Positions 48,053 through 56,028 of a stretch of DNA of 64,000 nt are shown here, in pieces. The number at the start of each line of letters is the position of its first letter. The stretch's first letter is position 1. The notes under the pieces were generated by a model, which saw only the letters and a program-made list of their open reading frames with translations, did not search any database and was not told where the DNA came from. Origin of the DNA: Treponemataceae bacterium (GTDB lineage Bacteria > Spirochaetota > Spirochaetia > Treponematales > Rectinemataceae); assembly GCA_963667725.2 (NCBI GenBank), contig CAXXHO010000003.1, positions 1,312,001 to 1,376,000 on the forward strand, in the 5' to 3' direction. A program made the translations under genes and the position numbers.

Positions 48053-50963
48053 CGGCAGACTCTTTCTTCGCGCCTGGCGGCGGGGGCAGTTCTCTTCCCG
48101 CCTCGAACTCCACATCCTCGTCCTCGATCTTTTCCGCGGAGGGCAGAATGACGAGGGAAGCCTCTCCGGCCTGATGATGTTCGAGCTTGACGGCGATGGC
48201 CTTCGTTATGCCCGATTCCTCCATCGTGACGCCAAGGAGGGTATCGGCGCCGCTCACCGTCTTCTTGTTGTGCGAAATCACGATGAACTGGCTCGTCCGG
48301 GAAAATTCGCGCAGCAGGTTGATGAAGCGTATAACGTTGGCCTCGTCGAGGGCGGCGTCTATTTCGTCCAGGAAACAGAAGGGCGAAGGCTTGACCATGT
48401 AAGTGGCGAAGAGGAGAGCGATGGCCGTGAGCGTCTTTTCGCCGCCCGACAGAAGGGAAATGGCTTCCAGTTTCTTTCCAGGAGGCTGGGCGAGAATCTC
48501 GATGCCCGACTCGAGTATGTAGTCGGGGTCGGAGAGCCGCAGCTCGGCTCTTCCCCCTCCGAAAAGCCTCCTGAACATATTGTGGAAATTCTTTTTTATC
48601 TTGTTGTAAGTCTCGAGGAAAAGCTCGGCGCTTTCGTTGCGTATCTCGTCGGTGATCTGCCGGAGATCGTCCCTGGCCTTCTGAAGGTCGGCCATCTGCG
48701 CGGAGAGGAAATCGTAGCGTTCCTTGACTTCCTTATACTCCTCAGGCGCCATGAGGTTGACCGATCCCAGGTCCTTGAGCTTGCCGCGATAGGCGGAAAG
48801 CTCGTCGCGCAACGTCGAAAGAGGCGTCCGCAGTTCGAACATCCTCTCCTCGAATTCGGACAGGTCGCGCGAATAAAGCTCGAGGAAGTTCTCGCGTATA
48901 TTCTTGATCTCCGTCTCGCTCTGGGCGATCGAGAGATGGATAGTCTCCAGTTCCGTCTGGACCGACTGCATCTTGTCGGCGAGACGCATCGAATCCTTTT
49001 TCCTCTGAACGAGATCGGAGTTCTTGAAGGCGATCCCCTTTTCGAGGGAGTCCATCTCCATGGCGAGCTTCTTGCCCTTCGCCTCGAATTCCGCCAGCTC
49101 AGAGTCGATTTCGCCGAGTTCCTCGTCCAGTTCGCCAAGCCTGCGGGATTCGGAAAAAATTTCCGTTTCCTGCTCACGCAGCGTCGCTTCCTGGCCGGCG
49201 ATCTCCCTTCTGAACACGGCGATGGCTTCTTGAGCGCCAGACATCTGCGTCTGAAGTTTGGTTTTCCCGAGACGCGCCTCTTCCAGGGTGCGGCGATACG
49301 CGTCGATCCTGACGGCGAGCTCCTTGTTCTCCGCGCCGAGCTCATCGATCGTAGCCTTGTGCGTCCCGATCTTATCCAGGCATTGGGCGATGGACGTATC
49401 GACCGCTCTCTTCTTCGTTATTATACCTTCGGGCGAGAGGAATTCGTCCAGGAATGAGGGGGTCGTCTTCTTGTAGATGGAAAACTTCTCGGTCAATTCG
49501 GCGAGCGACTGTGAGGCTCCGCTCAGGTCCTCGACAACCTTGAGCACGGTGGCCACGAAATCGCCCGCGCTTTTTCCCTCATAGGTCATGGAACGCTTGA
49601 CGTCGGACAGGAGGGTCGCCCGGCTTTCGAAGCGCGTCTTGATCCTGTCTATGAGAGCCTGGATTTCCGATTCCAGGGAATGTCTTTCGGCCGACGAATA
49701 TCCAATTTCCTTGAGGCGGGAATCGAGTTGCTGGACGATCGCCTCGGTTATGTCATCCAGGGCAAGGCGCGCGGCGGCGATTTCTTCCTCGATGCGCTGA
49801 ATCGAGACGCCGCACTTGGCCGCTTCCTCGTCGTTGCTTCGCAGGGCCAGGCTCGCCGCCTTTATGCCGGACTCGAACTCCTCGATGTGTTTCTCTGTCT
49901 CCTTGAGGCGGGTCTTGTAATCGGAAAGTTCACCTTCTTTGTCGGCTTCTTCGTCGCGGAGAGCGGCTATCTTGTCCTTAATGCTTTTGGATCTGAGTTC
50001 GAGCTGTTCGATCTTGGATTTGATCTCGCGGATCCTGTCCACGATGAGGCTCTTGTGTTTTTCCGCGCCGTTTTTCTCCACGGCCAGGCCGTAGAGGTTC
50101 TTCTGCATCTCCACGAGCCGCGACTCCATCTCGTTGACGAGATCCAGACTCTCGGACATGGAGGCGGTGAGGGCCTCAGATTCAGCCTTGATCTTCTCCC
50201 TTTCCTGTTTCTTGGCGGCGAATTCCTCGTCCCTCTTGTCCTTGTCGCGTATGAACTGCCGCAGGCGAAGAAGGTAAACATCCTTTTCCACCTCGAAGAT
50301 CTTGTCCTTGAGCACGCGGAACGAGACGGTCTTTTCGGCCTGGTGCTTGAGAGAGTCATGGGAGCGTTTGACCTCGGCGAGGACTGCCTCGATCTGTTTC
50401 ATGTTCTCTTCGGTGCGTTCAAGCTTCGATTCGGCTTCCCTGACCCTCACCTTATGCTTGGTGATGCCGGCGGCTTCCTCGAAGAGATAGCGCCTGTCCT
50501 CAGGTTTGGAGGAGAGGATCTGATCGATCTTGCCCTGTTCCATCACCGAATAGGCGGATTTTCCGATGCCCGTGTCCCAGAAAAGCTCACGGACTTCCTT
50601 GAGCTTGGCGAGTTTGCCGTTGATATAGTATTCGCTCTCGCCGGATCGGTAGAGACGTCGCTTGATGGCTACTTCGGGTACATCCAGAGGGAGTGTCCCC
50701 GTTTCGTTCGAGATGGTTATGGTTACTTCCGCCACTGAGAGCGGCTTTCTGCTTTCGGTTCCATTGAAGATGATGTCTTCCATGGTTTCCGCCCGCAGGC
50801 TCCTGGCCGACTGTTCGCCCACTACCCATTTTATGGCGTCGACAACATTGGACTTGCCGCAGCCATTGGGACCCAGGAGCGCGGATATGCCGTCGGAAAA
50901 TTCTATCTTCGTGCGATCCGCGAAGGATTTGAAACCGAAAATTTCAAGGCTTTTTAGAAACAA
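48045..50963 (-). CDS. smc: chromosome segregation protein SMC (short form)
   Basis: GFKSF, GPNGCGKSN, QGKID, FEEAAG, long coiled coils, LSGGEK, LDEIDAALD. Confidence 0.9.
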   Translation of the reverse strand: MFLKSLEIFGFKSFADRTKIEFSDGISALLGPNGCGKSNVVDAIKWVVGEQSARSLRAETMEDIIFNGTESRKPLSVAEVTITISNETGTLPLDVPEVAIKRRLYRSGESEYYINGKLAKLKEVRELFWDTGIGKSAYSVMEQGKIDQILSSKPEDRRYLFEEAAGITKHKVRVREAESKLERTEENMKQIEAVLAEVKRSHDSLKHQAEKTVSFRVLKDKIFEVEKDVYLLRLRQFIRDKDKRDEEFAAKKQEREKIKAESEALTASMSESLDLVNEMESRLVEMQKNLYGLAVEKNGAEKHKSLIVDRIREIKSKIEQLELRSKSIKDKIAALRDEEADKEGELSDYKTRLKETEKHIEEFESGIKAASLALRSNDEEAAKCGVSIQRIEEEIAAARLALDDITEAIVQQLDSRLKEIGYSSAERHSLESEIQALIDRIKTRFESRATLLSDVKRSMTYEGKSAGDFVATVLKVVEDLSGASQSLAELTEKFSIYKKTTPSFLDEFLSPEGIITKKRAVDTSIAQCLDKIGTHKATIDELGAENKELAVRIDAYRRTLEEARLGKTKLQTQMSGAQEAIAVFRREIAGQEATLREQETEIFSESRRLGELDEELGEIDSELAEFEAKGKKLAMEMDSLEKGIAFKNSDLVQRKKDSMRLADKMQSVQTELETIHLSIAQSETEIKNIRENFLELYSRDLSEFEERMFELRTPLSTLRDELSAYRGKLKDLGSVNLMAPEEYKEVKERYDFLSAQMADLQKARDDLRQITDEIRNESAELFLETYNKIKKNFHNMFRRLFGGGRAELRLSDPDYILESGIEILAQPPGKKLEAISLLSGGEKTLTAIALLFATYMVKPSPFCFLDEIDAALDEANVIRFINLLREFSRTSQFIVISHNKKTVSGADTLLGVTMEESGITKAIAVKLEHHQAGEASLVILPSAEKIEDEDVEFEAGRELPPPPGAKKESADV

Positions 50964-51045
50964 CGCTGATTCCTTTGCTAGGTTTTGCCTCTTTCAAGAC
51001 TATCATGCATGGCCGGGAAACCGCAAGACAATGCCCTTATCGGCT

Positions 51046-51094
51046 AAAAAAAGCCTTCCGTTTCCACGACCCAAGGGTCGGAAAGCCGGAAGGC
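51046..51094 (-). terminator. intrinsic terminator after the HTH-EIIA gene
   Basis: GCCTTCCG...CGGAAGGC hairpin followed by T7 on the minus strand. Confidence 0.7.
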
Positions 51095-51119
51095 CGATTG
51101 TCAGTTTCGGGTTATTGTC

Positions 51120-51773
51120 TTACTCGTCCTGCTTGATAAGGAGATCGTAGACTTCCTGGGGCGTGGAGCAGGCGAGGAGCGAGTCCCTGAGCTCCGCGGC
51201 CTTGAGGCGCGCCGAGAAGAAGGAGAGTGTCTGAAGGTAGTACGCATGCTGGTTGTAGGCGGCGGCGATCATGAAAAGAAGCCGCACGGGGACATCGTCG
51301 AGGGACTGGAAGTCCGTTATGTCGCATTTGGACACGCCTACCGAAACGACGAGGTCGGTGACCGAAGAAAGGCGGACATGGGGGATGGCGATACCTCTGC
51401 CGATGGCCGTACTCATCAGATCCTCGCGCCTTAAGATTTCGGCGATCAAGTCCTGCTTGTTCTTGATCTGGGGGGCCGTGGAAAGATTCTCGGCGAGCGC
51501 GATGAGGGCGTCGCGTTTCTTGGTATAATTCAGGAACAGCACTCTATTGGGGGCAATGATATTCTGAATCTGGATGGAACCGATGAGTCCAGCCGGCCGG
51601 TTGGAGGAGAGCCTTTCATTCACCCATCGTTCGATGTCGCTTTTTTTGAATCTCCAGACCGTGCCGATCTTGCCTGAAGGTATCTCGCCCTTCTGCGCCC
51701 AGTCGTAAACAGTTCTTTCTGATACGCGGAGGTACCTGGCAACCTCTTCAATGGTCAGGATGTCATCATCCAT
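51120..51773 (-). CDS. excisionase-type HTH (HTH_17) fused to PTS EIIA (PtsN-like)
   Basis: LTIEEVARYLRVSERTVY..G.IP..KIG..WRF; RREDLMSTAIG.GIAIPH phospho-His motif. Confidence 0.88.
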   Translation of the reverse strand: MDDDILTIEEVARYLRVSERTVYDWAQKGEIPSGKIGTVWRFKKSDIERWVNERLSSNRPAGLIGSIQIQNIIAPNRVLFLNYTKKRDALIALAENLSTAPQIKNKQDLIAEILRREDLMSTAIGRGIAIPHVRLSSVTDLVVSVGVSKCDITDFQSLDDVPVRLLFMIAAAYNQHAYYLQTLSFFSARLKAAELRDSLLACSTPQEVYDLLIKQDE

Positions 51774-51855
51774 GCGAAAAACCCCCTATCTTTAGAATCT
51801 GATACCATATTATTGAATCCATTGACACCTTCTGTCAAGTAATACATTTAGATTT

Positions 51856-52623
51856 CTATTTTTGAACGATGCGTTCCAGTTCTTCGCGTATTTTTTCTGT
51901 ATCGAAGCCCTGCCTTTTCAGTGTCCGACAGACGCTGTCCCGGAAATTCTCGTTCAGCTCGAGGCCTTTCTTTCGCCATAGGGCCGCCTGGCGGGCGTAC
52001 TCTTTGGCCGTCGCGCGGGCGAGGGCGCGGCTGAAATCGATGTCCTCGAGGGCGGCTCGGATGGCGCCCTCGCCCTGGCCGCGAGAGCGGAGCTCGGCGG
52101 CCAGGAGCGCCGGGCCCGCGGCCCGGCGCTCCGCGCGTCCCCTCGCCCACACGCGCGCGTATCGCTCGTCGTCCAGGATCCTCTCATCCTTCAGGCTCTT
52201 AATCACGGCAGTTACCGTCTTCCTCGAAAAGCCCCTGGACGCAAGCTTCGCGGCGAGTCCGGCGCTCGACTGCTCGGCCCTCGCGCAGAGTTCCAGCGCT
52301 TTCTTCCTGGCCTTCAGCGCCTCATCCGTCGATGCGAGAAATAGGTAGAGATCGTCTTCCTCGCTTAACTCCAGCCTCGTCTGTGGCAGGCTCTCCAGAA
52401 AAGCGCGCCGCCCGGAGCCGCTTGGCGTTCCGGAGCCTTTCCGGAGCCCAGAGCCTTCCAAGAGCCCAGTGCCGCCTTGAGGCTCGGTACCGTCCAGCGC
52501 CATAGCGGCGATCATGCCTGCGAACTCGTCGACTCGGGAGAGCGGCAGGAAAAAAGAAATGCCCCCGGTAACGACAAGAGTCGGATTACCGGAGGCATCG
52601 AAACGTACGGATTCAATCCGCAC
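51856..52623 (-). CDS. recX: regulatory protein RecX
   Basis: RAEQS..L..KL..RGF, LDDERYA, GP..L.AELR.RG, L.RQGF. Confidence 0.82.
   Translation of the reverse strand: MRIESVRFDASGNPTLVVTGGISFFLPLSRVDEFAGMIAAMALDGTEPQGGTGLLEGSGLRKGSGTPSGSGRRAFLESLPQTRLELSEEDDLYLFLASTDEALKARKKALELCARAEQSSAGLAAKLASRGFSRKTVTAVIKSLKDERILDDERYARVWARGRAERRAAGPALLAAELRSRGQGEGAIRAALEDIDFSRALARATAKEYARQAALWRKKGLELNENFRDSVCRTLKRQGFDTEKIREELERIVQK
52416..52469. repeat. degenerate 18-bp tandem repeat (3 units) inside recX
   Basis: AGCCGCTTGGCGTTCCGG / AGCCTTTCCGGAGCCCAG / AGCCTTCCAAGAGCCCAG. Confidence 0.55.
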
Positions 52624-52638
52624 CGTAGAATATCTCTT

Positions 52639-53031
52639 TTAGCGCTTGGAGAACTGGAACCTTCTGCGGGCTCCTCTCTGGCCGTACTTCTTGCGCTCAA
52701 CCATCCTGGAATCACGCGTCAGGAGACCGTTCGTCCGAAGCGTGGCGTGGTTGGACGGATCCACCTGATCGAGGGCCCTGGCGATTCCATGGGCACAGGC
52801 TCCGGCCTGACCGTTGACTCCGCCGCCGACGACGCTGATCACGATATCGTATTTATTTTCGCTGGCGGTGACGACGAGGGGTTTCCTCGCCGCGGCCAGA
52901 AGCTCGGCTACCTTAAAATACTGGGTTGCATCCATTTCATTGACCGTCAGCTTGCCGGTTCCCTCACGGAGGAAGACGCGGGCGACGGCGCATTTTCTTC
53001 TGCCAGTGCCGATTCCAAGATTCCTAACCAT
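52639..53031 (-). CDS. rpsI: 30S ribosomal protein S9
   Basis: GTGRRK.AVARV, GGG..GQAGA, ERKKYG..ARRRFQFSKR. Confidence 0.98.
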   Translation of the reverse strand: MVRNLGIGTGRRKCAVARVFLREGTGKLTVNEMDATQYFKVAELLAAARKPLVVTASENKYDIVISVVGGGVNGQAGACAHGIARALDQVDPSNHATLRTNGLLTRDSRMVERKKYGQRGARRRFQFSKR

Positions 53032-53047
53032 TAAAATTCCCCTTCCC

Positions 53048-53476
53048 TTACAGGTCTATGGCAACCGGTGCCTGAGCCACATGCGGATGCTGCGAACCAG
53101 CATAGATCTTCATATTCTTGTAGAGTTTGCGACCTAAGGGCCCCTTGGGAAGCATACCTTTTATAGCCAGCTCAAGCGGCTCGATGGGATTGTTCTCGAT
53201 GAGCTCGCGGAAGGTAAAATCCTTGAGTCCGCCGGGATAACCCGAGTGCCTGTAGTACATCTTATTCTGTCGCTTCCGTCCCGAGATCGCCACTTTCGCG
53301 GCGTTCAAGACTACGACAAAATCCCCAGTCTCCTGACTTGGCGTATAGGTCGGCTTATTCTTGCCGCGGAGCATGTAGGCGACTTTGGCGGCGACACGGC
53401 CGAGGGGCTTGCCCTCTGCGTCGATCACGTACCACTTGCGCTCGGCAGTAGCGGAAGTTACGAAAATGGTCTTCAT
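53048..53476 (-). CDS. rplM: 50S ribosomal protein L13
   Basis: WYVIDA, LRGKNKP.YTP, HSGYPGGL, GMLPK..LGR, HPH.AQ. Confidence 0.98.
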   Translation of the reverse strand: MKTIFVTSATAERKWYVIDAEGKPLGRVAAKVAYMLRGKNKPTYTPSQETGDFVVVLNAAKVAISGRKRQNKMYYRHSGYPGGLKDFTFRELIENNPIEPLELAIKGMLPKGPLGRKLYKNMKIYAGSQHPHVAQAPVAIDL

Positions 53477-53588
53477 CAATGTATACCTTCACCTTATTCG
53501 TGTAATTTTCACAAAATGCGCGTGGCATAATCCCACATTATAGTAAATGTGTCAAGCTCTCTTCATATTCTCGAAGCCCGAAGCGCAA

Positions 53589-53834
53589 TTACTCTTTCTT
53601 GGCTTCGGTTTTTTCCTCGGCCTTCTCTTCTTCCTTTTCTTCTCTTTCAGCCTCTTTCTTGTCCTTTATATCGGCTACTCCTATCAGGATCGCCACCGCG
53701 CCGATCAGCACGGCGATGACAGGAATGGATCCCCTCAAAAAAGCCAGGACGTCACCCCACCAGCCAAGGACGCCGGGCAGACACATGAGCACTGCCATTA
53801 CCACCAGGACGATGCCTACAGCGAGAGCTACCAT
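53589..53834 (-). CDS. small membrane protein (2 TM + charged tail)
   Basis: AAGGAG RBS; two hydrophobic helices then a K/E-rich tail. Confidence 0.7.
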   Translation of the reverse strand: MVALAVGIVLVVMAVLMCLPGVLGWWGDVLAFLRGSIPVIAVLIGAVAILIGVADIKDKKEAEREEKEEEKAEEKTEAKKE

Positions 53835-53970
53835 CTCATTCTCCTTTTAGCCACTTTATGCATTATGTGAAAGAAGGGAATTAAATCGGTTTCATTATAA
53901 CAAACCATGGCGTGCTTTGCAATATTTTTCGGCAGTTGCCATTCCCAGGCGTTGCGGCTATAAAGAGTCC

Positions 53971-55929
53971 ATGATTTCCCCAGGATCTCTCGTGATTTTC
54001 AAAAGCCAGATAGCCCGCGTCGCTTCCTGCGCTGACGGCAAGATATCGCTCGATCTGGAATCCGGCGAGGCGAAAAAAGTCCGCGAAAAAGACGTCTCCC
54101 TTCTCCATGGCGCGCTATCGAACCGCATTCCGCCTCCCTTGGAGGGCGGCGATTTCGAGACCGCCCACGCTATGCTCGCGACCGATCATGAAGGCAGAGA
54201 CCCCATCAAGACTACCTGGAAGGAGCTGGCCGAACTGGTGTTCGGGGAATTCAGCCCGGCCGCCGCCGCCGCCTGCGCGCGCTATGCGGCTTCCGGCTCG
54301 CTCTTCAGGATCGGTGAAGATGGTCCCTACGCCCTCAGCTTCGAGGAACTGGATCACGCGCGCCGGAAAAACGAGGAAAAGCTTCAGGAGAGCGGTCGCA
54401 GGGCGTCTTTCGTAGCGGCGCTGCGCGCCGCGATCCGCCAAAAAGGCGACGCCGGCAGTCCATCGCCCCTGAAAACGACGCAGGAATTTTCCCGCTATAT
54501 TGCCGATCTCGAATCCTTCGCCCTGGGCGCCGGGGAGCGCTGCCCCATCGGCGCCGAAGCCGGCATCGTCGAATCGCGCGAGGCTGTCCACCAAGCCCTC
54601 ATCGATTCTGGCCTCTGGGAACCTTCCTTCAATCCCTGGCCGGCGCGCGCGGGCTGCGTCCTTTGGCCTCCCCGCCTGAGTTTCCCCGAGCATGAATTGC
54701 CCGCATTCTCGACCGGCAGGAAGGATCTTCGCCATCTCGCTTCCTTCGCCATCGACAACGCGTGGTCCACCGATCCCGACGATGCCATCGCCTTCGACGG
54801 CGAATTCGTATGGATACATATCGCCGACCCGGCCGCCTTCATCTCCCCCGACTCGGCGCTGGACGCCGAAGCCCTTTCCCGCGGCGCCACGCTCTATCTC
54901 CCGGAAAAGATCATACCCATGCTTCCGAAAGAAACCGTCGGCCGCCTGGGTCTCGGCATAGAAGAAACCTCCCCTTCCCTTTCCTTCGCCGTCCGCCTCG
55001 CCGATGACGGAACTCCCGCGGAAACAATCATCACGCCCGGCACCGTCAGCGTAACGCGCCTCAGCTATGAGGAAGCCGACAGAATGCTGGCCAAAGGGAA
55101 CAAGGACCTGGCGAACCTCGATTCGGTGGCCAGATTACGCCACGCCCGCCGTCTCGCCAACGGAGCCGTCGATATAGACATGCCCGAAGTCTCCATGAAG
55201 GCGGAAAACGGCGAAGTGCGCTTTCTCTCCGTGCCATCCACGCGCTCCTCTGAAATCGTGCGCGAAATGATGCTGCTTGCCGGCGAAGCCGTGGCGCGCT
55301 GGGCTTACGAACGCAGGATTCCCTTCACTTATTCCAGCCAGGAAGCGCCTCAACTCCCTAAGAGCCTTGCCCGATCCGACGAGGAATCCAAAATCCTCTC
55401 CGTTCAATATCAGCGCCGAAAAGGCATGAAGGCCAGCATCGTCGGCACCGAGTGCCTCGCCCATCAGGGGCTCGGCCTCTCCTTCTATTCCCAGGTGACG
55501 AGCCCGCTGAGACGCTATCAGGACCTTCTGGCTCATTACCAGATTCGGGCCTGGCTGGCCAAGGAAGATTCGGGCTCGGGCTCGGCCTCGGGAGCCGCGG
55601 AAGCCTCGGGAGCCTCAGCGGCCCTGCTCTCTGCCGACGAAGTGTCCAGGCGATGCATTCTGGGCGGGCAAGGATCCTCATCGACGAGGCAGGCCGAACG
55701 CGATTCGCGTCTCCACTGGATTGCCTATTTCCTCTCCAGAAACCCGGAATGGAAGGGCGAAGCCAGAGTCCTCGATCTGCGGGATCAGGATGCGTGGGTC
55801 ATCATCCCGGAGCTGGGCATGGAAACGTCGCTGCGCACCAGAAAAACGCTAGCCCTCGACGATACGCTCACCGTCAAGGCTGCGCGGGTTTCCATCGCGT
55901 TGCACGACATCACTTTTGAAGCCATCTGA
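53971..55929 (+). CDS. RNB-domain ribonuclease (RNase II/R family)
   Basis: AIDNAWSTDPDDAI, IHIADP, RGATLYLP, HQGLGL..YSQVTSPLRRYQDL. Confidence 0.9.
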   Translation: MISPGSLVIFKSQIARVASCADGKISLDLESGEAKKVREKDVSLLHGALSNRIPPPLEGGDFETAHAMLATDHEGRDPIKTTWKELAELVFGEFSPAAAAACARYAASGSLFRIGEDGPYALSFEELDHARRKNEEKLQESGRRASFVAALRAAIRQKGDAGSPSPLKTTQEFSRYIADLESFALGAGERCPIGAEAGIVESREAVHQALIDSGLWEPSFNPWPARAGCVLWPPRLSFPEHELPAFSTGRKDLRHLASFAIDNAWSTDPDDAIAFDGEFVWIHIADPAAFISPDSALDAEALSRGATLYLPEKIIPMLPKETVGRLGLGIEETSPSLSFAVRLADDGTPAETIITPGTVSVTRLSYEEADRMLAKGNKDLANLDSVARLRHARRLANGAVDIDMPEVSMKAENGEVRFLSVPSTRSSEIVREMMLLAGEAVARWAYERRIPFTYSSQEAPQLPKSLARSDEESKILSVQYQRRKGMKASIVGTECLAHQGLGLSFYSQVTSPLRRYQDLLAHYQIRAWLAKEDSGSGSASGAAEASGASAALLSADEVSRRCILGGQGSSSTRQAERDSRLHWIAYFLSRNPEWKGEARVLDLRDQDAWVIIPELGMETSLRTRKTLALDDTLTVKAARVSIALHDITFEAI

Positions 55930-56028
55930 GCTTCTGGCGTTCTTTTATCCGTGAGATAGAAATCCGAGCCTTCTTACGGGCTCCGATTGACCTTTTCGCT
56001 TTGTCCACCTATGCTTGATAGAGCAAAA

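Noticed and set aside
51120..51773. Excisionase-like HTH as a sign of a prophage or ICE
   Set aside because: It is fused to PTS EIIA in housekeeping context, with no integrase or att sites
53497..53514. Rex-like box upstream of rplM (TTGTGAAAATTACACG on the minus strand)
   Set aside because: Spacing and the second half-site do not fit TTGTGAA-N4-TTCACAA, and rplM is an unlikely target
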